A stretch of 35,195 bases of DNA from a virus. Taxonomy: Duplodnaviria > Caudoviricetes. The position numbers were made by a program, and so were the translations under genes. The stretch lies in the IMG/VR virus record IMGVR_UViG_3300031965_000098, positions 1-35,195 of that record, one strand, 5' to 3'. The notes under the pieces are model-generated. The model searched no databases and was not told the origin of the DNA. It saw nothing but the letters and a program-made list of their open reading frames with translations. Of the stretch, positions 24,457 to 33,623 are shown piece after piece (positions within the stretch are counted from its first letter, which is position 1; every line of letters starts with the position of its first letter).

Positions 24457-25914
24457 ATGCGAGTCCTCGACATCCTGAACACCCCCTGGGCGATGGAAGC
24501 CGGCAAGTACAGCGAGATGGTGGAGATCTACCTCTCGCACCTGCGCGGGCCGAAGATCGACATCGCCGCGCTCGAAGCGCGCATGGGCGCGCCGCTGCCC
24601 GGGCCGACGCAGGGCTACGGCGTGCGCGACGGCGTGGCGGTGGTGCCGGTGGACGGCATCCTGTCCAAGCGCATGACGCTCCTGCAGAAGATGTCCGGGG
24701 GCACGTCGCTCGATCTCCTCTCGCGGGACTTTCGCGCGGCGATGGCCGATCCGGCCGCGCACTCGGTGGTGCTGCTGATCGACTCGCCCGGCGGGTCCGT
24801 GATGGGCCTGCAGGAGCTCGCCGAGGAGGTCTACCGCGCGAGGAGCGGCGTGAAGCCGGTGATCGCGCTCAGCGACGGCATGATGGCCTCGGCGGCCTAC
24901 TGGCTCGGGAGCGCCGCGCGCGAATCGTACATTTCCAGCGACATGACGATGGTGGGCTCGATCGGCGTGCTCTACCGCCACATCGACGTGTCGAAAGCGA
25001 ACGAGAAGGACGGCATCAAGGTCACCGAGATCTATGCCGGCAAGTACAAGACGATGGCGTCCAGCGATTCGCCGCTCAGCGACGACGCGCGGGCCGACAT
25101 CCAGGCGAAGGTGGACAAGCTCTACGGCCTGTTCGTGGACACGGTGGCGCGCAATCGCGGTGTCGATGCCGCCACGGTGCTCGAGCGCATGGCCGAAGCG
25201 CGCGTCTTCCTCGGCAAGGAGGCGATCGACGCCGGGCTCGTGGACGGTGCTGCCACGCTCGACGAAGTGATCGCCGGTCTCAACGCCGGGCGCAAGCCCG
25301 TCGCCAGTACCCGATTCGCGGCCGGTGGCGCCGCAGCGGCCGCAGCAGAGCAAGGCGCCGGTGATGCGCCACAACCCCAACCCGAAATCAAAGGAGATCC
25401 CGTGAACAAGGATTTCATTCTCGCCAACCACCCGGAGCTCGCGGAAGCGTTCCGGGCGGAAGGTTACGCGCGCGGCAAAGACGAAGGTCTTGCCGCCGGC
25501 ATGCTGGCCGAGCGCCAGCGCATCCAGTCCATCGAGGCCCAGGCGATGCCCGGGCACGGCGAGCTGATCGCGAAGCTCAAGTACGACGGCAAGACGACCG
25601 GGGCGGAAGCCGCGGTGCAGGTGCTCGCGGCCGAGCGCGCGAAGCTCGGCAAGACGGTGACCGACCTGGCCGCCGACGCGAGCGCCCTGGCCGGCGTGCG
25701 GCCGACCCCGGCTGCCGATCCCGGCGCCGACGCGGCAGCGGCCGCGGCGCAAGCCGAAGCCGCGAAGCCGCTCGAAGAGCGCTGCAAGGCCAAGTGGGAC
25801 AAGGACTCGAAGCTGCGCGCCGAGTACGGCGATCAGTACGACGCCTATCTCGCTTTCGAGAAGGCGCACGCGGAAGGCCGCGTCAAGATCCTCGCCACCC
25901 GTCAGGCGGCCTGA
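24457..25914 (+). CDS. Prohead protease, S49 family (lambda gpC-like), with C-terminal scaffold domain
   Basis: IDSPGGSV, MASAAYWLGSAA, VGSIGV, AGKYK, AIDAGLVDG. Confidence 0.94.
   Translation: MRVLDILNTPWAMEAGKYSEMVEIYLSHLRGPKIDIAALEARMGAPLPGPTQGYGVRDGVAVVPVDGILSKRMTLLQKMSGGTSLDLLSRDFRAAMADPAAHSVVLLIDSPGGSVMGLQELAEEVYRARSGVKPVIALSDGMMASAAYWLGSAARESYISSDMTMVGSIGVLYRHIDVSKANEKDGIKVTEIYAGKYKTMASSDSPLSDDARADIQAKVDKLYGLFVDTVARNRGVDAATVLERMAEARVFLGKEAIDAGLVDGAATLDEVIAGLNAGRKPVASTRFAAGGAAAAAAEQGAGDAPQPQPEIKGDPVNKDFILANHPELAEAFRAEGYARGKDEGLAAGMLAERQRIQSIEAQAMPGHGELIAKLKYDGKTTGAEAAVQVLAAERAKLGKTVTDLAADASALAGVRPTPAADPGADAAAAAAQAEAAKPLEERCKAKWDKDSKLRAEYGDQYDAYLAFEKAHAEGRVKILATRQAA
25402..25914 (+). 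CDS. Nested in-frame scaffold protein (Nu3-like)
   Basis: Internal AAGGAG RBS followed by an in-frame GTG at 25402, after an Ala/Pro/Gln linker; AERQRIQSIE motif. Confidence 0.65.
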   Translation: MNKDFILANHPELAEAFRAEGYARGKDEGLAAGMLAERQRIQSIEAQAMPGHGELIAKLKYDGKTTGAEAAVQVLAAERAKLGKTVTDLAADASALAGVRPTPAADPGADAAAAAAQAEAAKPLEERCKAKWDKDSKLRAEYGDQYDAYLAFEKAHAEGRVKILATRQAA

Positions 25915-25955
25915 TCGCCGGCCGTCTCTCAACCTATTCCTGAAAGGAAACAGCA

Positions 25956-26726
25956 ATGACGACCCTTGCAGCCAACAAGCCCCGGCCGTTCGAGCTGGGC
26001 AGCCGCAATCACGTCCCGGTGATCGCGGCGGACATCATCTGGGAAGGCGCCGCCGTCGGCGTGGTGGACGCGACCGGGCACGCCCGGCCGCTTAACGCCG
26101 CCGACCGTTTCGCCGGGTTCGCGGAAGCGAAGGCGGACAACGCCGCCGGCGCCGCCGCCGACATCAACGTGCAGGTGGTGAAGAGCGGGCAGATCGAGCT
26201 CGCGGTCACCGGCGCGGTGATCACCGACGTCGGGCAGCCGGTGTACGCGACCGACGACGACACCTTCACCTTCGTGCCCACCAGCGCGGCCTTCATCGGC
26301 TTCGTCAAGCGCTTCGTGTCCGCGGGCGTGGCGGTGGTCGAGTTCTACGCCGGCGTGTTCCAGGATCCGTACGGCGAGTACACGGTGCGCGAGACGCTCT
26401 CGGGCGTGAAGACCTTCGACATCGAGGACAACGGCAAGGTGTTCTTCGCCGACGCCGCCGCCGATGACGATGCGCTCACGTTGCCGGTGGTGGCGACGCC
26501 TGTGAACATCAAGATCGTGGCGATCGGTGCGTTCGGCACCACCAAGGTCGAGATCGCCCCGGCGGCGGCCGACAAGATCCAGGGTCCGGACCTTCCCGGC
26601 ACCGACAACACGCCGCTCAGCCTGACCAAGGCGACCCAGCGGCGCGGAGATTTCGTGGAGCTCGCCACCGGCGATGCCAACGGCGCGCTCGTCACGAAGC
26701 TGCGCGGCATCTGGACTACCGCGTAA
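25956..26726 (+). CDS. Capsid decoration/cement protein with an extra C-terminal domain
   Basis: PVIAADIIWEGAAV..RFAGFA..DVGQPVYATDDDT pattern; lies between protease and capsid. Confidence 0.72.
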   Translation: MTTLAANKPRPFELGSRNHVPVIAADIIWEGAAVGVVDATGHARPLNAADRFAGFAEAKADNAAGAAADINVQVVKSGQIELAVTGAVITDVGQPVYATDDDTFTFVPTSAAFIGFVKRFVSAGVAVVEFYAGVFQDPYGEYTVRETLSGVKTFDIEDNGKVFFADAAADDDALTLPVVATPVNIKIVAIGAFGTTKVEIAPAAADKIQGPDLPGTDNTPLSLTKATQRRGDFVELATGDANGALVTKLRGIWTTA

Positions 26727-26762
26727 CCGGCTCGACAACCTCAACTCAAAAAGGAAATCAAA

Positions 26763-27713
26763 ATGGACCAGTCACTTCTGTCCAGCCGGGCGATCATGGG
26801 CATGTACTTCGCCAGGCTGGAAGCGGACCCCGGCATGGCCTGGGTCAACGGCGTCGCCAACCTGTTCAGCTCCGACCAGGCGAGCGAGACCTACAACTTC
26901 CTCGGGCAGTCCCCTGCCATGCGCGAGTGGCTCGGCGGCCGGCAGGCCAAGGGCTTCAGCGGCCAGGGCGTCACGATCGTCAACAAGCACTACGAAGGGA
27001 CGATCGAGGTGCGCAAGGTCGATGCACGGCGCGACAAGACGCCGCAGATCCAGGCACGGATCAACGACTTCGCCGACCGCGCGCAGACCCACTGGGCGAG
27101 CCTGCTGTCGACGCTGCTCCTCGACGGGCCTTCCACGGTCTGCTACGACGGGCAGTTCTACTTCGACACCGACCATTCGGAAGGCGCTTCCGGCACGCAG
27201 GACAACGACATCACGGTGGACATCTCGGCGCTTCCCGCCGCGGTGCACGGCGTAGTGACGGCGCCCAGCGTGGAGGAAATGCAGCAGACGATGCTCAAGG
27301 CCATCGCGCAGATCCTGTCGTTCAAGGACGACCGGGGCGAGCCGATGAACGAAAACGCCCGGCGCTTCATGGTGATCGTGCCGGTGGCCCTGTACCTGGT
27401 GGCGGTGGCGGCGGTCAGCACCCTCGCCACGGCGGCGCTGCAGCAGAACCTCAACCCGAACCTGATCGCCGGCCTCATGGTGGACGTGCAGATGAACGCG
27501 CGGCTCACCTGGACCGACTCCTTCGCGGTCTTCCGTACCGACAGCCCGATCAAGGGCCTCATCCGGCAGACCGAGCAGGAAGTCGAGCTCAAGGCGAAAG
27601 CGGAGGGCTCGGAGTTCGAGTTCGACAACGATGCCTGGCAGTTCGGCATCGACGCCTGGCGCGGCACGGGCTACGGATATTGGCAGAGGGCCTGCTACGT
27701 GACGATGACGTAA
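26763..27713 (+). CDS. Major capsid protein, Mu gpT-like
   Basis: ETYNFLGQSPAMREWLGGR, IVNKHYEGTIEV, CYDGQFYFDTDH, FGIDAWRGTGYGYWQ. Confidence 0.92.
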   Translation: MDQSLLSSRAIMGMYFARLEADPGMAWVNGVANLFSSDQASETYNFLGQSPAMREWLGGRQAKGFSGQGVTIVNKHYEGTIEVRKVDARRDKTPQIQARINDFADRAQTHWASLLSTLLLDGPSTVCYDGQFYFDTDHSEGASGTQDNDITVDISALPAAVHGVVTAPSVEEMQQTMLKAIAQILSFKDDRGEPMNENARRFMVIVPVALYLVAVAAVSTLATAALQQNLNPNLIAGLMVDVQMNARLTWTDSFAVFRTDSPIKGLIRQTEQEVELKAKAEGSEFEFDNDAWQFGIDAWRGTGYGYWQRACYVTMT

Positions 27714-27746
27714 GGCGTCAAGGGCGGTTCGCCGCCTTCTTCTTTC

Positions 27747-27771
27747 ACGGGGCCTGCGGGCCCCGTTTTTT
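27747..27771 (+). terminator. Intrinsic terminator after the capsid gene, flanked by two further hairpins (27723-27736, 27772-27799)
   Basis: ACGGGGCC-TGCG-GGCCCCGT followed by a T run. Confidence 0.8.
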
Positions 27772-27823
27772 CTCGGGGCCTTCACGCGAGGGGCCCGAGC
27801 AAAGACAACTTCCTGGAGGTTAC

Positions 27824-28234
27824 ATGCTCAAGAAAGTGACGGTCGAGGCCGCGTTCTACAGCGTCGGTTCCGGCATCGTGGCGTTGACGGCCGAGCAGGC
27901 AAAGGCGCGGCTGCACAACCTGAAGCCGGTAAAGGTGGAGAGGAACGGCGCCGGCGAGTACGAGGTCGTCAACCAGCTCCAATTCAAGAAGGGCGAGAGC
28001 TTCGGGTACAGCGGCGTGGTTGGCAAGAACGGCCAGCTCTCCGACAAGGATGCCGAGGACCTGCGCCGCATGGAGCAAGCCGAAACGCTCGAGAAGGCGG
28101 TGAAGGCAGCGCGCTCGGCGGCGATGCGCCAGGTGGGCGATGAAATGGCTACGCTCACGGTCGAGAACACGCGCCTGAAGGTGGAGAACGAGCAACTGCG
28201 CGAGCAGCTCGGGGCGGCGGCGAAGAAGAAGTAA
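27824..28234 (+). CDS. Hypothetical head-associated protein with C-terminal coiled coil (136 aa)
   Basis: GGAGG RBS before ATG 27824; lies after the capsid gene. Confidence 0.72.
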   Translation: MLKKVTVEAAFYSVGSGIVALTAEQAKARLHNLKPVKVERNGAGEYEVVNQLQFKKGESFGYSGVVGKNGQLSDKDAEDLRRMEQAETLEKAVKAARSAAMRQVGDEMATLTVENTRLKVENEQLREQLGAAAKKK

Positions 28235-28244
28235 GCAGGGCGCC

Positions 28245-28523
28245 GTGTTCACCGAGGACCTCTCCGCGTTCTTCGACACCGACGAGCACGCACTGGACGC
28301 GACGCTCGGCGCCGCGACCATCCAGGTGATCTTCGACAACGAGCACCGCCTGGCGCACGACATGGTGTCGACGACGAACCCGGTCGCCTGGGCGAAGGCC
28401 TCGGACGTCGACTCGGGCGACGTCGGCTCGACGATCGCGATCTCGAGCGTGAACTACACCATCCGCGACGTGCAGCCGATGGATGACGGCGCGGTGGTGA
28501 TCGTGCAGCTGGAGAAGCAGTAG
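28245..28523 (+). CDS. Head-tail joining protein (gpFII-like)
   Basis: MFTEDLSAFFDTDEHA..VIFD..YTIRDVQPMDDG; syntenic position. Confidence 0.78.
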   Translation: MFTEDLSAFFDTDEHALDATLGAATIQVIFDNEHRLAHDMVSTTNPVAWAKASDVDSGDVGSTIAISSVNYTIRDVQPMDDGAVVIVQLEKQ

Positions 28524-28982
28524 ATGGCCGAGCACCTGAGATTGCAGCTCCGCGACGCCGCGAAGACGCTCGTCACCGGCCTCGTCACCACCGGCGCGAA
28601 CGCCTTCGCCGGCCGGCCGGAGTCGCGGCCGCTGCAGGAGAGCGAGCTGCCCGGGCTCCTCGTCTACACGAACGAGGAGGAGTCGGAGTTCGCCTCCGGG
28701 CAGCGCCCGACGCGGCGCAAGGTGCGCAACTGCCAGCTCATGGTCCACGGTTTCGCGCAGGCCACCGCCGACCTGGACAAGACGCTGGATACCATCGCCA
28801 AGGAGGTCGAGGCCGCGCTCGAGGCCGACCCGACGCTCGGCGCGCTGGCGAAGGACCTGTACCACACGAACACGGCGAAGGAGAGCGACCCCGAGGCGAA
28901 GCAGCCCACCGGAGAGATCGTGCTCACCTTCACCTGCGAGTACCACACCCGCGAAGGCATCCCCGACGCGGCTCTTGCGTAA
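28524..28982 (+). CDS. Tail terminator/completion protein (gpU-like)
   Basis: HLRLQLRDA..ELPGLLVYT..LDTIAKEVEAALEADPTLG; precedes the tail tube. Confidence 0.75.
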   Translation: MAEHLRLQLRDAAKTLVTGLVTTGANAFAGRPESRPLQESELPGLLVYTNEEESEFASGQRPTRRKVRNCQLMVHGFAQATADLDKTLDTIAKEVEAALEADPTLGALAKDLYHTNTAKESDPEAKQPTGEIVLTFTCEYHTREGIPDAALA

Positions 28983-29685
28983 CGTGGTCGTCAAGATGAA
29001 AGGCGCATGCGCCTGCGGTGTGCGGGTGTACGCGAAGGGCGTGTGTCGGCGTTGCTATGACCGAGCGCGCATGCGTGAGTTGCGGAGTGATCAGTATGTC
29101 CGCGCCAAAGAGCGGGCCGCCGACAAGGCGCGACGCGCGGCTATGTCACCGCATGAACGGCTCGTATATCTCGCAAAGCGAAAGGCCGAGCGTGAGCGGT
29201 ATGCAGAGCAGCGCCGTGCGCATCGAAAGGTGTACTACGCACGCAACAAAGAGCGCGAGGCAGAGAACCGCAGGGCTTGGGCTAAGGAAAATCCGGATAA
29301 AACCAATGAAGCCAGGCGGCGTGACTACCGGAAGAACAAAGCCGCTCGCAATGCAGTGAGCAGCGAGTGGCGCCGCCGCAATCTGCAGCGTAAGCGAGCG
29401 ATTGAGCAGAAGTATCGAGACCGGCACCGAGAGGAATGTCGCGAGAGATTGCGCGCGCTGCAAGCGCATCGGCGCACGGCGCGCGTTCCGTGGGCCGACA
29501 GGAAGGCCATCGCCGCGATCTACCGCGAGGCGCGCAAGCGATCGAAACGCGAAGGCGTTGCATACGAGGTTGACCACTTCTATCCGCTGAAGGGAAAGAA
29601 CGTCAGCGGTCTGCATGTGCACACGAATCTTCAAATCGTTCCTTCCGTCGTTAACCGGGCGAAGGGCAATCGCATAACTCTTTGA
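28975..29685 (+). CDS. HNH endonuclease (probable free-standing homing endonuclease; ATG 28996 is an alternative start)
   Basis: PWAD..I..IY..YEVDHFYPLKGKNVSGLHVHTNLQIVPSVVNRAKGN; N-terminal Cys cluster; long basic helical linker. Confidence 0.88.
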   Translation: MRNVVVKMKGACACGVRVYAKGVCRRCYDRARMRELRSDQYVRAKERAADKARRAAMSPHERLVYLAKRKAERERYAEQRRAHRKVYYARNKEREAENRRAWAKENPDKTNEARRRDYRKNKAARNAVSSEWRRRNLQRKRAIEQKYRDRHREECRERLRALQAHRRTARVPWADRKAIAAIYREARKRSKREGVAYEVDHFYPLKGKNVSGLHVHTNLQIVPSVVNRAKGNRITL

Positions 29686-29700
29686 AAGGAGAGCGTAAAA

Positions 29701-30093
29701 ATGGCAAACCATAGAGGCTCGGAAGGAACCGTTCACGTCGGCACCAGCGCGATCGCCGAGCTGCGCGGCTGGGAAGTCACGGAGACGATGGAGGCGATCG
29801 ACGACACCGTCCTCGCCGACACGGCGCGCACGTTCCAGGCCGGGCTCAACAGCTTCGAGGGCTCGGCCTCCGCTTTCTGGGACGAGACGGACGCGACCGG
29901 GCAGGAGGCGCTCACCATCGGCGCGTCGGTGACGATCAAGTTCTATCCCGAGGGCGCGACGTCTGGCGACCAGTACTACACCGGCACCGCGCTGGTGACG
30001 GGCATCACGCGCCGCGCGGCGATCCAGGGCATGGTCGAGGTCGACTTCACCTTCCGCGGCACCGGGGCGCTCAGCGAAGCGACGGTGGTGTGA
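29701..30093 (+). CDS. Tail tube (major tail) protein
   Basis: AGGAG RBS; IAELRGWEV..IDDT..FWDETD..GQ..FYPEG..YTGTALVT..FTFRGTGAL. Confidence 0.85.
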   Translation: MANHRGSEGTVHVGTSAIAELRGWEVTETMEAIDDTVLADTARTFQAGLNSFEGSASAFWDETDATGQEALTIGASVTIKFYPEGATSGDQYYTGTALVTGITRRAAIQGMVEVDFTFRGTGALSEATVV

Positions 30094-30449
30094 TGAGTCT
30101 CATCGAGCGCATGAAGGCGCACTTCACCGACATCGGGGTGCGCCACCTCGAGGCGCCGGAGTGGGGCGAGGAGGGCAAGCCGCTCGTCATCTACTTCTCG
30201 CCCCTCACGCTCGCCGAAAAGCAGAAGCTGCAGACGATCGGCGAGCGCGACGGCTACGTCGCGCGGCTCGCGGACGCGCTGATCATGAAGGCGATGGACG
30301 CCGAGGGCAAGAAGCTCTACACGGTGGCGGACAAGCACGCTCTTCGCAACCAGGTGGACCCCGACGTACTCGCGCGCGTGGTGCTCGAGATGATGTCCAG
30401 CCCGGGAGTCGACGAGATGGGAAAAGGCTCGAGCGGGACCTCGGAATGA
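30090..30449 (+). CDS. Tail assembly chaperone (gpG-like)
   Basis: Follows the tail tube; PEWG..VIYFSPLTLAEK; slippery site near the 3' end. Confidence 0.8.
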   Translation: MMSLIERMKAHFTDIGVRHLEAPEWGEEGKPLVIYFSPLTLAEKQKLQTIGERDGYVARLADALIMKAMDAEGKKLYTVADKHALRNQVDPDVLARVVLEMMSSPGVDEMGKGSSGTSE

Positions 30450-30568
30450 AGGCGCGCTACCAGCTCGCCGAGACCCTGCATAAGACGCTCGCCGAGATCG
30501 ACTCGATGCCGGTGGAGGAGTTCGAGGGCTGGATCGCCTACTTCCGGGCGAAGGGGCGGCATCGGTGA
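30419..30568 (+). CDS. -1 frameshift extension of the tail chaperone (gpT-like)
   Basis: G-GGA-AAA at 30419-30425 shifts into the frame encoding RLERDLGMKARYQLAETLHKTLAEIDSMPVEEFEGWIAYF. Confidence 0.75.
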   Translation, partial: GKRLERDLGMKARYQLAETLHKTLAEIDSMPVEEFEGWIAYFRAKGRHR

Positions 30569-31173
30569 GCGGCGTGCGCATCGACGTGCGCTCGGACATG
30601 AAGCGCACGGTGGCCGAGTTCTCGCTCGAGCGGAAGAAAATCCGGACCGCGACCTACCGGGCACTCAACCGGGCGCAGGACAAGGTGGCGACCGAGACCG
30701 GCCGCGAGATCCGCAAGGAATACAAGATCAAGCTGGGCGTGATCCGCTCGGCGCTGAAGAAGCGGCGGGCATCGGAACGCAGTCTAATGGCTCGGCTGGT
30801 GATCGAGGGCGTGCGCATCGGCCTGATCCACTTTGGCGCGCGCGCCGTCAATCCGTGGAACGTGATGGGCCGGCGCCACAGGCCTGGCGGGGGCGTCAGC
30901 GTTCAGATCAAGGTGAAGGGCGGCCGCAAGCTGATCCGCGGCGCCTTCATCACCGCCTCGACGGCGAACAACGCGACGGGTGGCGGAACGGCCGGCATGA
31001 AGCAGGTCTGGCGCCGCCTGAACGCGGACCGCGAGTCGCTGGTGGTGCTGCGCTCGATCAGCATTCCGCAGGCGTTCGCGAACAAGGCGGTGCTCGCCGC
31101 GCTGGACGAGCACGCGAGGGAAACCTTCAACAAGAACCTGCAGCAGCAGCTGCGCTACCTGACCGGAGGCTGA
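30565..31173 (+). CDS. Minor tail/tail completion protein (gpZ-like)
   Basis: Basic protein with RALNRA..IRKEYKIK..GVSVQI..IRGAFI..SIPQAF. Confidence 0.75.
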   Translation: MSGVRIDVRSDMKRTVAEFSLERKKIRTATYRALNRAQDKVATETGREIRKEYKIKLGVIRSALKKRRASERSLMARLVIEGVRIGLIHFGARAVNPWNVMGRRHRPGGGVSVQIKVKGGRKLIRGAFITASTANNATGGGTAGMKQVWRRLNADRESLVVLRSISIPQAFANKAVLAALDEHARETFNKNLQQQLRYLTGG

Positions 31174-31176
31174 ACC

Positions 31177-32982
31177 ATGGCCGTGAAGCGCCACCGCACG
31201 CATTACGACGTCACCGCCGAAAACCGCACCGACGCCGCGATGAACGCGGTCGAGCGCAACATGAACAAGGTGGAGCGCGCGGCCTCGAGCATGGGCCGCA
31301 CCTTCCGCAACGTGCTGAGCGCGACCGCGGCGATCGCCCTGGGGCGCGAGATCGGGCGCGCGGCGATCGAGGCCGAGCAGGCCTCCAAGCGGCTCGAGGC
31401 AGTGCTCAAGGCGACCGGCCACACCGCCGGGCTGACCAAGGAGCAGCTCGACGGCATGGCCGATGCGATGGCCCTGAGCACGCAGTTCGACGACGAGACG
31501 CTGCGCAACGCCCAGGCGCAGATGCTGAAATTCGGCAACATCCAGGAGGAGGTGTTCACGCGGGCGATGGGGCTCGCGGCGGACTACGCGGCGCTCATGG
31601 GCACGGACCTGAACGCCGCCGTACAGCAGGTCGGGCGCGCGCTCGCCGCACCGGCGGCGGGGCTCACGTTCCTCGAGCGCAACATCGGCAAGTACACCGA
31701 GGCGCAGCGCGAGGCGATCCGCGCGGCCGAGGAGGCCGGGGACCTGTGGACGGCGCAGCAGATTATCCTCGACGGGCTCAGCTCGAAGATCGGGGGCACG
31801 GCGGAGCAGTTGAACAGCGGGCTCTTCAAGGCCGCGAACGATGTCACGAAGGCGTGGGACGAGATGCTCGAGTCGATCGGGCGCACCGAGGGCGTGGTGG
31901 ATATATCGTCGCGCTTCCTGCGGGTGCTCGAGAACAATCTCGTCAACATCAAGGATGTGATCCAGAACGGCGATTGGGTAGAAAAGACCCTCGGGCTGCT
32001 CGCGTTGGCGGGTGGGGCCGGGGGATATCGACGCTTCAACCTTTCGAAGCAGCCTGGCGGGGCCCCGCCCCCTGGCGGGACCTCGCAGGCCGACGCCGCC
32101 GCAGCCGCCGCGGCCGCGCGCCAGCAGGCTGAGGAAGAGGCGCTGTTGGCGCAGGTCGCGAAAGACACAGTGATGGTCGATGCGGCGATCAAGAAATGGC
32201 GGGAGGAGGCGAAGCGGCTCCGGGCAGAGCGCATCCGCGAGGATGAGCGCAACGCGCAAGCGATCGTCGCGGTGGAGGAGATGGCCGCGCAGGACACCGC
32301 CGAGGCCTGGGGGTTCGTGCTCGAGCAGGAACGGGGGCGCCAGGAGAAGCGGATCGAAGACGCGAGGCGCGCGTCGGCATCCTGGGTCGAGTCCGCGCAG
32401 ATCGCGGTTGAGGCCGCCGAGAGCGTGGTGTTCACATGGGATGCGGCCGGCAACCGCATCGAGATCGCGCGCGATCACTGGGACGAGCTCGCGGACGAGG
32501 CGAAGAAGGTCGACGACGCGGCGCGCTCGCTCGGCCTGACCTTCACCTCCGCGTTCGAGGACGCGGTGCTCGGGGGCAAGAAGCTCTCGGAAGTGATCCG
32601 CGGTCTCGGCCAGGACATCGGGCGCATCATCCTCCGGAAGAGCATCACCGAGCCGCTTGGCGGCGCGATCTCCAAGTCCGTCGCCGGCCTGTTCAAGGCC
32701 GAGGGCGGGCCGGTGTTCGCGGGCGTGCCGTATATGGTCGGCGAACGCGGGCCGGAGCTCATGGTGCCCGGGGCTTCCGGCAGCATCGTGCCGAACGCCG
32801 CGCTGGGCGGATTCAGCGCGGGCGGCGGCGGGCGCGCCGGCCCGGTGTTCAACATCGACATGCGCGGCGCCTCGCTCGAGGCGGTGGCGCGGCTCGAGCG
32901 GCTGGTCGTGCGGCTGCACGGCTCGATCGAATCGCGCTCCCTGGGCGTTATGCGCAGCGCGCGCGCTCGCGGGATGGCTTAG
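31177..32982 (+). CDS. Tape measure protein (601 aa)
   Basis: Ala-rich helical; YDVTAENRT N-terminus; KAEGGPV..YMVGERGPEL+VP..G.IVPN C-terminal motif. Confidence 0.9.
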   Translation: MAVKRHRTHYDVTAENRTDAAMNAVERNMNKVERAASSMGRTFRNVLSATAAIALGREIGRAAIEAEQASKRLEAVLKATGHTAGLTKEQLDGMADAMALSTQFDDETLRNAQAQMLKFGNIQEEVFTRAMGLAADYAALMGTDLNAAVQQVGRALAAPAAGLTFLERNIGKYTEAQREAIRAAEEAGDLWTAQQIILDGLSSKIGGTAEQLNSGLFKAANDVTKAWDEMLESIGRTEGVVDISSRFLRVLENNLVNIKDVIQNGDWVEKTLGLLALAGGAGGYRRFNLSKQPGGAPPPGGTSQADAAAAAAAARQQAEEEALLAQVAKDTVMVDAAIKKWREEAKRLRAERIREDERNAQAIVAVEEMAAQDTAEAWGFVLEQERGRQEKRIEDARRASASWVESAQIAVEAAESVVFTWDAAGNRIEIARDHWDELADEAKKVDDAARSLGLTFTSAFEDAVLGGKKLSEVIRGLGQDIGRIILRKSITEPLGGAISKSVAGLFKAEGGPVFAGVPYMVGERGPELMVPGASGSIVPNAALGGFSAGGGGRAGPVFNIDMRGASLEAVARLERLVVRLHGSIESRSLGVMRSARARGMA

Positions 32983-33008
32983 AGCGCGCGCGGGCCCCGG
33001 GGAATCCC

Positions 33009-33617
33009 ATGGCGATCGCCTTCCCGATCACGCTGCCCTCGACGGGCGGCGAGCGCTCGGTGCGCTGGACGATGCTCGACGCCGTGGGCGTCGGCGAATC
33101 GCCGTACACCTTCTCGCAGGAGGTCTTCGAGCACGCGGGAAAACGCTGGGGGATCGAGGTGCAGCTCGCGCCGATGAAGCGCGCCGACGCCGAGGAATGG
33201 GTCGCAGCGCTCGCTTCGTTACGCGGCCGGCGCGGCACGTTCGAATTCGCGGACGTGCTGGGCGCGACCGGCCGCGGCGCGCTCTCCGGCACGCCGCTCG
33301 TCAAGGGCGCGGGCCAGAGCGGCGGCACGATCCTGATCGACGGCTGCGGTGTGAGCGTCACCGACTGGGTGAAAAAGGGCGACTGGATCCAGATCGGCAC
33401 CGAGCTGCACAAGTCGCTCGTGGATGCGAGCAGCAACGGCTTGGGCGAGGTCACGCTCGAGCTCTGGCCCGGCCCGCGCACCGCGCCCGCGGACGACGCG
33501 CCGGTCACGGTGGCGAGCTGCAAGGGCATCTTCCGGCTCGGCGGCAACGAGCGCGGCTACGACGTCGGCCTCGCGCAGATCTTCGGGCTGGAGTTCTCCG
33601 GCGTCGAGGCGCTCTAA
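33009..33617 (+). CDS. Distal tail (Dit-like) protein
   Basis: ATG 33009; ESPYTFSQEV..W..AL..LRGRRGTF; follows the tape measure gene. Confidence 0.72.
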   Translation: MAIAFPITLPSTGGERSVRWTMLDAVGVGESPYTFSQEVFEHAGKRWGIEVQLAPMKRADAEEWVAALASLRGRRGTFEFADVLGATGRGALSGTPLVKGAGQSGGTILIDGCGVSVTDWVKKGDWIQIGTELHKSLVDASSNGLGEVTLELWPGPRTAPADDAPVTVASCKGIFRLGGNERGYDVGLAQIFGLEFSGVEAL

Positions 33618-33623
33618 AGAACC

